In this document: positions 19,919 through 28,173 of the stretch, one piece after another | How the letters are laid out: each line of letters starts with the position of its first letter | Position numbering within the stretch: position 1 is the first letter of the stretch | IMG/VR virus record: IMGVR_UViG_3300033520_000026 | Location: 62,001-126,000 of that record | DNA: 64,000 nucleotides | Strand: one strand, 5' to 3' | Source of the DNA: an uncultured virus (IMG/VR IMGVR_UViG_3300033520_000026) | Taxonomy: Duplodnaviria > Heunggongvirae > Uroviricota > Caudoviricetes | Made by a program: the position numbers and the translations under genes | Notes under the pieces: generated by a model | What the model saw: the letters and a program-made list of their open reading frames with translations, nothing else | Database searches by the model: none | What the model was told of the DNA's origin: nothing

Positions 19919-19962
19919 GTTTGAGTGGATTCCCTGGGGAGCCAGGAGAGGAGTGCGCTGAA

Positions 19963-20559
19963 ATGAATGTGACGACCGACTTCGTGGGGCGGCACCTGAT
20001 CGTGGACGCATCGACGTACAACCGGCGGAACCTGACGTCCACGGACACCATCTTTTCGCTGTTCGAGTCCCTGGCTCGCAACCTGGACATGACCTTGATT
20101 ATCCCGCCCATCGTATGTCGGTATCCGTTTGCGAACAGCGAGCTGGAGAACTTCTGCCACAGCGTGGAGCGCGATCTTGAGAAGCAGGTGCCGCAGCCGG
20201 ACCTGGCCTCGATCCGCACCATGCGGCAGTTTTTAGCGCGGCGGCAGGTGGAGGAGAGCGGGGTCACGGGGATCAGCGTGTGGGCGGAGTCGCATTGCGC
20301 GATCCATACCTGGGACGCGGACAACTATTTCGCGTTCGACGCCTTCTCGTGCAAGGACTACGCGCCCAAGGACGCCCTGCGGCTGCTGCTGAACCACTTT
20401 GATGTGGAGACGCTGAACTGCATCAACCTGATCCGGCACCAGCGGAGCGTGCCGACGCTGACGAACTTCCAGGTCAACACGAACTGGGACGTGCTGGTGC
20501 AGGGGGTCAAGATCGGGGAACTCGATACGGTGGACTTCGATAGGATGGTGGCGCAGTGA
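19963..20559 (+). CDS. speD: S-adenosylmethionine decarboxylase proenzyme (pyruvoyl-dependent)
   Basis: GRHLIVD...GVTG...AESHCAIHTW...FDAFSCK with intact E-SH self-cleavage site. Confidence 0.85.
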   Translation: MNVTTDFVGRHLIVDASTYNRRNLTSTDTIFSLFESLARNLDMTLIIPPIVCRYPFANSELENFCHSVERDLEKQVPQPDLASIRTMRQFLARRQVEESGVTGISVWAESHCAIHTWDADNYFAFDAFSCKDYAPKDALRLLLNHFDVETLNCINLIRHQRSVPTLTNFQVNTNWDVLVQGVKIGELDTVDFDRMVAQ

Positions 20560-20575
20560 GACATGTGGCAGCGAG

Positions 20576-21526
20576 ATGATTCGATACCGAGATTATTCCG
20601 ATGTCGACATCGAGCGCATCAGGCGGTTCCTGCGTCTGATCGTGGCGTTCCAGTCGTACTCCAACTACCACGCTATGGATCGAATGCGGGTCGTGGAGGC
20701 ATGGCGGGATCTGCCAGAGGACTTCCGGTCGTACATCGCGACGCCAAACGTGGCGCGGCTGGAGCGCTCGTCGGATGGGATTGCGGTCAAGGAAAAGCCG
20801 GTGCTGTCGTTTAAGCGGGGGAGCGCGGGGACGTTCTTTGGCTCGCGGGTATTCTCGGGCAAATTCCTGGAGACGTATCTAGGCACCATCGACACGGTGC
20901 GGCTGGCGGCGCTGGTGACGCGGCTCACACGGTCGGGACTGTACGACGAGATCGACCGGCACGGGGATGCGATACCGTTCGAGATCCATGACAACGAGGA
21001 TGAGGTGCTGGTGCTGCTTCCGCAGTGGAAGGGCGTGGTCGTGGACAGCCAAGGGGCAAAGTGGAAACGACAGGCACGTCAGTACGTGCAGGATGCGAAT
21101 GAGGAGTATGCCATGTCGAGCATGAGAGCGTTGTTCGAGAAGTACGAGTATCGCGGGTCCGTTGCGGTTCCAGACGCCCAGCACGTTGCGGCGGCGAACA
21201 AGAGAGAAGCGGATAGGGCAGCGGATCGCAAGCGGCGCGAGGCGGATCCGAACGATCCGAGGAACAAGCGCATCGCAGCCATCGAGGCCAACCAGACGGA
21301 GTGGATCAAGGTGGATGGCGAGGACGTGTTGGCGGTGCCAAATCCGAAGAGCCTGCTCATGGCCATTCCGGCTACGGGGAAGAAATCCTCGAAGATGTTC
21401 CTCGTGACGACGCGCCAGCCCCCGCGTTCGGTATTGGTCCAGTTGGACAAGACCGAGGTGAACGGGTGGTTGGTCAAGGCGTTCGTCGATGGCAACGAGG
21501 AAGCGATCATCCGCAACGCGAAGTAG
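20576..21526 (+). CDS. Two-module protein; N-terminal possible ADP-ribosyltransferase-like domain
   Basis: LER...VLSF...NEDEVLVL (R-S-ExE order); degenerate tag at 21122. Confidence 0.55.
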   Translation: MIRYRDYSDVDIERIRRFLRLIVAFQSYSNYHAMDRMRVVEAWRDLPEDFRSYIATPNVARLERSSDGIAVKEKPVLSFKRGSAGTFFGSRVFSGKFLETYLGTIDTVRLAALVTRLTRSGLYDEIDRHGDAIPFEIHDNEDEVLVLLPQWKGVVVDSQGAKWKRQARQYVQDANEEYAMSSMRALFEKYEYRGSVAVPDAQHVAAANKREADRAADRKRREADPNDPRNKRIAAIEANQTEWIKVDGEDVLAVPNPKSLLMAIPATGKKSSKMFLVTTRQPPRSVLVQLDKTEVNGWLVKAFVDGNEEAIIRNAK

Positions 21527-21533
21527 GTGGCCC

Positions 21534-21911
21534 ATGACTATGCGATCTGTGATCCGACGGCTGGAAGAGGCCACGGACGCGCCTTTGGCGACGATCACGG
21601 TGCGGGTGGTGGACGGCGCGCAGGCGCGGGCGCAGGACCAGTCGTTCGCGGTAGGCGGCCACCACGAGGTGTACCCGTGGATTCCACAGGACGAGGTCTG
21701 GATCGAGCGTGGGTCGGCCGGGCCGGATCGCACGGCGATCCTTGTCCACGAGCTGGTGGAGTGGGCGTTGATGCGGTGGGACGGGCTGGCCTACGACCGG
21801 GCGCACCAACTGGCCAACGCGGCGGAGGAGGCGGTACGGCTGCGGGTCGGGGTGAAGGACGGGGAGACGAGATCTGCTCCGGCGGGCCTGCCTGGGGGAG
21901 AGGGTAAGTGA
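21534..21911 (+). CDS. Tagged protein (MRSVIRRLEE) with HExxE...H metal-site-like motif
   Basis: ILVHELVE...YDRAH. Confidence 0.65.
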   Translation: MTMRSVIRRLEEATDAPLATITVRVVDGAQARAQDQSFAVGGHHEVYPWIPQDEVWIERGSAGPDRTAILVHELVEWALMRWDGLAYDRAHQLANAAEEAVRLRVGVKDGETRSAPAGLPGGEGK

Positions 21912-23254
21912 TGCGACAGCTCATCCGACGCTTGGAAGAGGCGGCTCCGGCTCCTGGATCCAAGGAGTGGCTGGCAGGGGTCAAGAAGTGGTGGGGGCAG
22001 TGGGTGAAGGATGCCGAGCGCGTTTCCAAGATCCGTGATCCGAAGGATCGCAAGACGGTGCTCGCGTGGTTTGCCGATGGAGAGAAGCGCATTGAGGCGT
22101 TGAAGGATGCTTTGGTTCGTGCTCCTGGGTTTTTGACGATTCATGATCTGGCCACGTCTGCGATGGACAAAATCAGTGGATTAGGAATGGGCAGCTCAGC
22201 GCTCAAGCTGCCAGCTAAGGTGATGGGGATTCCATTGTCGCAGGCACCTGAGATGAAGGTTCTTCCGTACCTAGAGACCGCGTTGAAGCGATTGCGTGTG
22301 TATGCGCGTGCGGAAGAGTCGTGGTTCCAGCGGGACTATCCTATGACGCCAGCGGATTTACGAGCGCAGGCGATGATGGGAGGTGCGTCGAGGGATATGT
22401 ATGGGAGGCATGGTGACTTGAATTCTTGGCAGGCTGGAGTGGAGTCGTTAGACGAGGCGGTGGCTGAAATTGACCGCGATATGCAGTCTGTGTTTCGGAC
22501 GTTTACGCAGATTGCGAAGAATACTTTGAAGGACGTTGAGCGGGACATGGAGAAGTCTGTTCCGTTGGAATACAGCATAGGAAGAGTCAAGGTGATTACA
22601 GATCCGGGGTCGGCATCTGACCTGATGAAGTCTGCGATGGCAGCGCAGGGGACATCTGGTCAGCATGGTGTCGATGTGCAGTTATCGCGGATGGTATTGA
22701 ATGGCTTGCAGATGGCGCAGCGGATATTGCAGCAACGAGGGTTCGGTGATCTATGGTATGGAAATGTGTACGTGCTTTCTGAGTACCAGGGCAATGAATC
22801 TACTAAACGGAAGACGAAAGAGCATTTCAAGTCTAGTGGTCATTACAAGATCGGTGGCGATAACGTTGTGATCAATCCTGGCCATCACTGGCAGGAAAGT
22901 GACGTCATTGGCTTGATGGTACACGAGTTGGCTCATCGTTATTGGTTCAAGAATATGAAGGCAGGTGCTCGGGCTCGGTTCGCGGCATGGTTTGACCCGC
23001 GTGGCAAGGAGCAGCAAGATGCGGAAGGTCCGAAGTTCGACTATGTTCCTGCCCCCACGTCATACGCGGCTGAAGAGCCAGCGGAGGAGTTCGCTGAGAC
23101 TTTTGCGGCGTATGTGATGGGGAGCTACAAAGGAATCTCTCTGACGGGTCCGCAGAAGGCGCGGTTCGAGGCATTGGCCCTGGGACGTGCGGCTCAGAGC
23201 GAAGACGATGACGGGGACTTTGGGGCGTTCCTATGGAGTATCCAAGATGCGTAG
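21908..23254 (+). CDS. Tagged zincin metallopeptidase 1
   Basis: MRQLIRRLEE; VHELAH...PTSYA...EEFAETF. Confidence 0.8.
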   Translation: MMRQLIRRLEEAAPAPGSKEWLAGVKKWWGQWVKDAERVSKIRDPKDRKTVLAWFADGEKRIEALKDALVRAPGFLTIHDLATSAMDKISGLGMGSSALKLPAKVMGIPLSQAPEMKVLPYLETALKRLRVYARAEESWFQRDYPMTPADLRAQAMMGGASRDMYGRHGDLNSWQAGVESLDEAVAEIDRDMQSVFRTFTQIAKNTLKDVERDMEKSVPLEYSIGRVKVITDPGSASDLMKSAMAAQGTSGQHGVDVQLSRMVLNGLQMAQRILQQRGFGDLWYGNVYVLSEYQGNESTKRKTKEHFKSSGHYKIGGDNVVINPGHHWQESDVIGLMVHELAHRYWFKNMKAGARARFAAWFDPRGKEQQDAEGPKFDYVPAPTSYAAEEPAEEFAETFAAYVMGSYKGISLTGPQKARFEALALGRAAQSEDDDGDFGAFLWSIQDA

Positions 23255-24560
23255 CTTGATCCGACGGCTGGAAGAAGCTTCTCCGGCCATGGGCTCGAAG
23301 GAGTGGCTGGCTGGCGTCAAGAAGTGGTGGAATCAGTGGGTTGAAGACGCTGATCGGATTTCAAAAATTCGAGATCAACAGGATCGTCGGAAGGTTCGGG
23401 CGTGGTTTGTCGATGGCGAGAAGCGTTTGAACATGCTTGTGGACGTTTTAGTACGTCGGGCGAATCTCGTAACAGCGCCAGCACTGGCGAGTATTACGAC
23501 GGGGGACGACAATCGAGAGTACAAAGATGGAGTGGGGCGTTTGAAGGTGCCGCGTTCATATAGTGTGCTTGGATTCAAGGTTAAGCCTGAGCCAGGGGAT
23601 TTAGTGCATTCGCACTTGCAGGCGGCTTTGGATTCATTGGGCAATGTGCAGGATCATGAGCAGGATCGCTGGGTAGACATGCAAAGACGCCCGGATGAGA
23701 GGGATTGGGGGACGACGGGCGATTTAGACTATTGGCAAGCTTACTTGGAGATTATGCCGCATAACATTTCTGGAGTTGATGCGGACGTGCAGGCGGCGAT
23801 GCGTAAGTTTGCAATGCAAATGAAGTCGGAACCTAATCGGGAGAGCGTCATAAACGACGCAATTCCGTTGGATTATGATTTGGGTGGCATGAAAGTGCTT
23901 ACCAACCCTGGGTCATTGAGTAGTCTGTATTCTGCTGTCACTGGTGATGAGCAGGACGATATGGAAAATGCGATGGTGGATGCTGCCACGTCGAAGGAGG
24001 TTCGTGCCGGGTTGATGCTGGCACAGAGAGCATTGGAACAGAGTGGTTTTGGTAAGGTTTGGCATGGAAAAATCTATGTGTTGCCACCTCGTCTGGCGGC
24101 TACTTTTACGAAAGCTAAGACCAGGCAGTCATTCTTGTCTGGCGGTCATTACGATAACAGCAAAGATATTGTTGTTATAAATCCAAGGCATAACTGGAAG
24201 GCAACGACCATCTCCGAGATCGTGGTACACGAACTAGGGCATCGCTACTGGTATAGATTCATGAAGGCGGGCGCGAGGGCGCGATTTGCGGCATGGTTCG
24301 ACCCACGCACCAAGGCGGAACAAGATCGAGCTGGAGCGAAGTCCGAGTATGTGCCAGCTCCTACGTCATATGGCGCGGAGAGTCCGGTCGAGGAGTTTGC
24401 AGAGACCTTCGCAGTCTACGTGTTGGGAAAATACGAGGGCATAACGCTGACGGGGCCGCAGAAGGCGAGGTTCGAAGCGTTGGCCCTTGGACGCGCAGCT
24501 CAGAGTGAGGACGAGGACGGGCCTTCTAGGGCGTTTCTAGGGAGTACAAAAGATGCGTAG
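23247..24560 (+). CDS. Tagged zincin metallopeptidase 2 (paralog)
   Basis: MRSLIRRLEE; VHELGH...PTSYG...EEFAETF. Confidence 0.8.
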   Translation: MRSLIRRLEEASPAMGSKEWLAGVKKWWNQWVEDADRISKIRDQQDRRKVRAWFVDGEKRLNMLVDVLVRRANLVTAPALASITTGDDNREYKDGVGRLKVPRSYSVLGFKVKPEPGDLVHSHLQAALDSLGNVQDHEQDRWVDMQRRPDERDWGTTGDLDYWQAYLEIMPHNISGVDADVQAAMRKFAMQMKSEPNRESVINDAIPLDYDLGGMKVLTNPGSLSSLYSAVTGDEQDDMENAMVDAATSKEVRAGLMLAQRALEQSGFGKVWHGKIYVLPPRLAATFTKAKTRQSFLSGGHYDNSKDIVVINPRHNWKATTISEIVVHELGHRYWYRFMKAGARARFAAWFDPRTKAEQDRAGAKSEYVPAPTSYGAESPVEEFAETFAVYVLGKYEGITLTGPQKARFEALALGRAAQSEDEDGPSRAFLGSTKDA

Positions 24561-25344
24561 CTTGATCCGACGTCTGGAAGAGAACGTTCCATTCAATTCG
24601 GACGAGATCGATGTAGTCTGGAAGATGTTTGATCGTCAGATCGGAGATCGGTCGGCGTTTCTGTACGTCTACCAGCATAATTGGCGACGTGAAAAGGTGG
24701 GTGAAAAGTGGTTTTCCTTTAACGATCCGAAGGAGAGGGCGGCGGTGGAGGGGCTCAAAATAGTGGACCGTAAAGAGGTCCAGGAGCCTGGATATAAGCG
24801 CTTGCGGAAGTATGTGTTGGTGGACTATGGCCCTCCGAGTCATGCACCGTATCTGGACGCTGGTCACCAGGATAGCCGCCTTTCTACGGGGATTGATGAT
24901 GAGTCCAAGAGGGATTTTTGGGAGGCCAGAAAGGGGATACGAGCGCCGGAGATCCAGACGTTTGCTGACGATTTATACCGTGAGGTTGGTCTGAAGCCGG
25001 GAGTTGTCATTGATGTTGGCGTCTTTGGGGCGTTTCATATGCACATGGCATGGGTTAGGAGTCCGCGCCAGAAGAGCAAGGAGCCGTTCCCGAAGTTTTT
25101 TGCGATGTGCTTGGTCTATGTTGCGGATGCGGACGAGGCACAGTGGCATGGGCTAGACGGGATGATGCGGACGTTTCGCTTCGATTATCATATGGCCAAC
25201 CGGGGTGAGTTTTCGTGGTGGACGACGTCGCGCATTGGAAAAGAGATTATCGCCAAGTATGAGAAGATGCGGAAGATCGATGCGAAGCGTGCGGACGAGA
25301 TGTGGAAAAAATATGGCGCGGACCGTCCAGAGCCTAAGAAGTAG
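24553..25344 (+). CDS. Tagged hypothetical protein (MRSLIRRLEE)
   Basis: Tag at N-terminus. Confidence 0.7.
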   Translation: MRSLIRRLEENVPFNSDEIDVVWKMFDRQIGDRSAFLYVYQHNWRREKVGEKWFSFNDPKERAAVEGLKIVDRKEVQEPGYKRLRKYVLVDYGPPSHAPYLDAGHQDSRLSTGIDDESKRDFWEARKGIRAPEIQTFADDLYREVGLKPGVVIDVGVFGAFHMHMAWVRSPRQKSKEPFPKFFAMCLVYVADADEAQWHGLDGMMRTFRFDYHMANRGEFSWWTTSRIGKEIIAKYEKMRKIDAKRADEMWKKYGADRPEPKK

Positions 25345-25397
25345 GGCGACGAACCAGGTGGGTAATCCACCAGAAAACCAATCGAAGAGGTGATTTC

Positions 25398-25766
25398 ATG
25401 ACCGAGCAGTACAAGGCGTTGAACTATGCGGACGGCATGCGCGGGCTGCTGCGGTCCCTGGAGGAAGCCCTCACGGGGCGCTACACGTTCGTGTTCAAGC
25501 CGGTGAAACGTGGCAATGGATCGTTTGACCCGGACAAGACGCTGATCGCGCACCCCACCAAGAAGGTGAGCGTAGAGATCTATTACTACGAGAAGCCGGA
25601 TCGGTGGAGCGCGACGATCTTCGATGGGGATGCCGAGGAGGAGTTCACACCGGACTACATCGTGGGCGGCCAGGCGTTCGCCAAGGGGCTCACGCAATCC
25701 GAGGCGGAAGAGGCGGCGATTGAGATCACGTTGAAGTACCTGGGGGACAAGCGGCGTCGTGGATAG
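25398..25766 (+). CDS. Tagged small protein (MRGLLRSLEE), paralog of 25824..26162
   Basis: Shared VEI.Y.EK..WSA...DYIVGG...TQ..AEE. Confidence 0.7.
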   Translation: MTEQYKALNYADGMRGLLRSLEEALTGRYTFVFKPVKRGNGSFDPDKTLIAHPTKKVSVEIYYYEKPDRWSATIFDGDAEEEFTPDYIVGGQAFAKGLTQSEAEEAAIEITLKYLGDKRRRG

Positions 25767-25823
25767 GTGGTATGCTGAGAACGCGCACACGCATGTTGTC
25801 GCGTCAAAGGGAGGAAGATCATA

Positions 25824-26162
25824 ATGAGATCTCTGTTGCGATCTTTGGAAGAGAGCGTTTCGAAGGGACTCTATGAGTCCGAATTCGAGCCGGTGAAGGG
25901 TTATAAAAAAACCGGATCGAAAGGTCCAGACAAGAGGCTGGTTGCACAGCTTACCCCGGCTGTCAGAGTAGAGATCGAATATAGCGAGAAATCTGGGTGG
26001 TCGGCTTGGACGCTCTTCGACACAGATGCCGATGAGGATTCCAACCACGACTACATCGTAGGTGGCGGGACGTTTCGTCGTGGGACAACGCAGGATACAG
26101 CGGAAGAAATAGCGTTAAGGAGCGGTTTCCAGCATGTGAAAGAGAAGCGACAAAAGGGATAG
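25824..26162 (+). CDS. Tagged small protein (MRSLLRSLEE)
   Basis: GGAGG SD; paralog upstream. Confidence 0.7.
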   Translation: MRSLLRSLEESVSKGLYESEFEPVKGYKKTGSKGPDKRLVAQLTPAVRVEIEYSEKSGWSAWTLFDTDADEDSNHDYIVGGGTFRRGTTQDTAEEIALRSGFQHVKEKRQKG

Positions 26163-26171
26163 CCGATCCGA

Positions 26172-26327
26172 TCACAACCGCAGGTGTCCCAGATTCCCCG
26201 TGAGCAGTAGGATGAGCAAGATGAGCAGGATGATGCCCAGTGGCGACCAGCCGAGGGCATGCCCCTGGATCCCGCCGAAGAGGGCCACGACGATCAGGAC
26301 GATCAGGACGACGAGCAGTATCGACAT
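26172..26327 (-). CDS. DUF3309-like small membrane protein (51 aa)
   Basis: MSILLVVLIVLIVVALFGGIQGHALGWSPLGIILLILLILLLTGNLGHLRL; AAGGAG SD on minus strand. Confidence 0.75.
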   Translation of the reverse strand: MSILLVVLIVLIVVALFGGIQGHALGWSPLGIILLILLILLLTGNLGHLRL

Positions 26328-26366
26328 GCTGTGCTCCTTTCAACCTGCTTTGTAACAGTGTAGCAC

Positions 26367-26382
26367 GCGAACCCGGGTTCGT
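26367..26382. repeat. Dispersed palindrome copy 7, GCGAACCCGGGTTCGT
   Basis: Between divergent genes. Confidence 0.95.
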
Positions 26383-26449
26383 GGGGGATCACCAATCGGC
26401 GGCGGCCATCGCTGGGGTGGCGAACGATCTTTTGTGATAAAGTGGGGGG

Positions 26450-26827
26450 ATGAAAACGTTGACCTTGAAGACGCGTCCACCCAAGAGCCCACCGGAGAAT
26501 TGCGGCAGCGGAAGCGGAGAGTGTACCGATTTCTTTCTACGCATTACTGAGACGATGGAGGCGATCCGTGAGGAACAGCGGACTCTACGTCGAAGTGTAC
26601 TGGCCATGGAGGGGAGGTTGGCGACCTTGGAGGTACAGGGCCAAAAGCTGGGACATCAAATCCGGCAGTCGGACATGATCTCTCGTCAAGCTCCCATTAT
26701 GCAGGAACGTGCGGTAGAGAAGTTGCCCCCACGGTCGGGTGCGCCGTTTATAGGGATTGTGATCGGTGTTTCGATAGTGGTTGTTATCGTGCTTTCTGCT
26801 TGGATCTGGCTGTTCAATGGGTTCTAA
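26450..26827 (+). CDS. Coiled-coil protein with C-terminal TM
   Basis: Hydrophobic C-terminus. Confidence 0.55.
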   Translation: MKTLTLKTRPPKSPPENCGSGSGECTDFFLRITETMEAIREEQRTLRRSVLAMEGRLATLEVQGQKLGHQIRQSDMISRQAPIMQERAVEKLPPRSGAPFIGIVIGVSIVVVIVLSAWIWLFNGF

Positions 26828-26839
26828 AAAACATGGAAG

Positions 26840-26898
26840 TTGACGAACCATTTGCTATCGGTTAGGTTTGGCGAGCGATGCCTGGCATGATGTTGGGC
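26840..26898 (+). promoter_or_regulatory. Sigma70-type promoter plus 5' GAU hairpin
   Basis: TTGACG-17-TAGGTT; GAT GCCTGGC ATGAT GTTGGGC. Confidence 0.7.
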
Positions 26899-26924
26899 TG
26901 ATACACAAGGAATCAGGTGAAGTC

Positions 26925-27149
26925 ATGAGTGACGAGAGCACTGGAGAGAAGGCGGCCAAGGCTGCGGCAGCGGGTGCGGCGGGCGCAGCGGCGGGGTACG
27001 GCGTGGTTGCGGCCACGGGAATGACAGCGGTTGGTATGATGGGCGGTGGCGCGGGTATTGGTGCGGCGGCTGGGCCGGTTGGGGCGGCAGCCGGGGCCTT
27101 GTTTGGCCTGGCGAGTTACGGTCTCTATCGGTTGTTCGACAGCGATTGA
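26925..27149 (+). CDS. Glycine-zipper small membrane protein
   Basis: GxxxG/Ala-rich. Confidence 0.55.
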   Translation: MSDESTGEKAAKAAAAGAAGAAAGYGVVAATGMTAVGMMGGGAGIGAAAGPVGAAAGALFGLASYGLYRLFDSD

Positions 27150-27159
27150 GAGGTCACGG

Positions 27160-27771
27160 ATGGCGCGACGTTTGAAGCATGTGCAGACAGATCAGTTGGA
27201 CATCTTTGCACCTGCACCGCCTCCTCCAAAGCCGATTGTGACGGTGCCGCAGGAAGTTGTGCAGGAGCCACCTAAACCTGAACCATTGCCCATTCGTGCG
27301 GCGTTGCCAGAGTCGATGTTGAACGTGGCTGTTGAGGTTGTAATTCCAGATGTGACAATAGATCCACCTATTGAGACAGTTGCAGATGTGGATTCTGTAG
27401 CGAGTAGTGCTGAGGCCGTGATAGCGATGGCTATCGCACGGTGGGAGACCTTAGTTCACTTGTGGGAGGGTGGTACGCCAGAGGTGTGTTCCCCCTACGT
27501 TGGGAACGCGGAAGGAAATCGCCCGTGGAAGGCGCGTTGGATGTCTACTGCCGATGCCGAGCGCGTGCTTGCGATGGCTCAGTACACATTGCATTGCCAT
27601 CACGAGGGGCCGTTTCCGGGAGGTGGAGGACCACGTCGTGCGAAGGTTTGGAGGCGTGCCGACTCGGACAAGAGGACGTTTGCGGCTCCACTGGCAGTGG
27701 TCGCCGTCGAGTTGGGCGTGCCAGAGCTGTTAGATTCCATCGCCGTGGCCCGTCGGAATCCTGTTCCTTGA
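27160..27771 (+). CDS. Hypothetical protein with Pro-rich N-terminus and QLDIF motif
   Basis: GAGG SD. Confidence 0.55.
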   Translation: MARRLKHVQTDQLDIFAPAPPPPKPIVTVPQEVVQEPPKPEPLPIRAALPESMLNVAVEVVIPDVTIDPPIETVADVDSVASSAEAVIAMAIARWETLVHLWEGGTPEVCSPYVGNAEGNRPWKARWMSTADAERVLAMAQYTLHCHHEGPFPGGGGPRRAKVWRRADSDKRTFAAPLAVVAVELGVPELLDSIAVARRNPVP

Positions 27772-27775
27772 CACG

Positions 27776-27832
27776 TTGACGAACACACGCCAGCGGTTAA
27801 ATTAAGGGCAGATTCCTGGCGTTGATGCCAGG
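27776..27832 (+). promoter_or_regulatory. Sigma70-type promoter plus 5' GAU hairpin
   Basis: TTGACG-16-TAAATT; GAT T CCTGGC GTTGAT GCCAGG. Confidence 0.75.
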
Positions 27833-27855
27833 TGAGGTGGACCAAGGAGAAACAC

Positions 27856-28161
27856 ATGGAAATCAGGAACGAAGCGGATGCGCGGGCATGGGTAGCGGAT
27901 TGGCGGAAAAACGGCGGACTTCGGATCGGCATTCTGAAGGCGGCGATGGACGGGATGTGTACGTGTGTTGGGCTGACCTACAAGACGCCGGACACGCAAG
28001 CGGAGTACCAGGCGGCTATGGTCTACCTGGAAGGTGTGTTGGCCGAGCTGGAGATACAGAGGGAGCAGGCGGCGCGTGATTACGAGCGCATGGAAGAGGC
28101 GAGACAGGACTTGGCTGAGGCCCGGATGGACCGGATCTCGAACGGGTATCGCCACTGGTAG
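27856..28161 (+). CDS. Hypothetical protein
   Basis: AAGGAG SD. Confidence 0.6.
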   Translation: MEIRNEADARAWVADWRKNGGLRIGILKAAMDGMCTCVGLTYKTPDTQAEYQAAMVYLEGVLAELEIQREQAARDYERMEEARQDLAEARMDRISNGYRHW

Positions 28162-28173
28162 GAGAGGAACGTC

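Noticed and set aside
25347..25362. Additional palindrome copy (ACGAACCAGGTGGG)
   Set aside because: Right half-site missing and spacer wrong; not counted
26200..26320. 9-bp tandem repeats (GATGAGCAG, GACGATCAG) as a regulatory repeat
   Set aside because: Explained by Leu/Ile/Val codons of the minus-strand membrane gene
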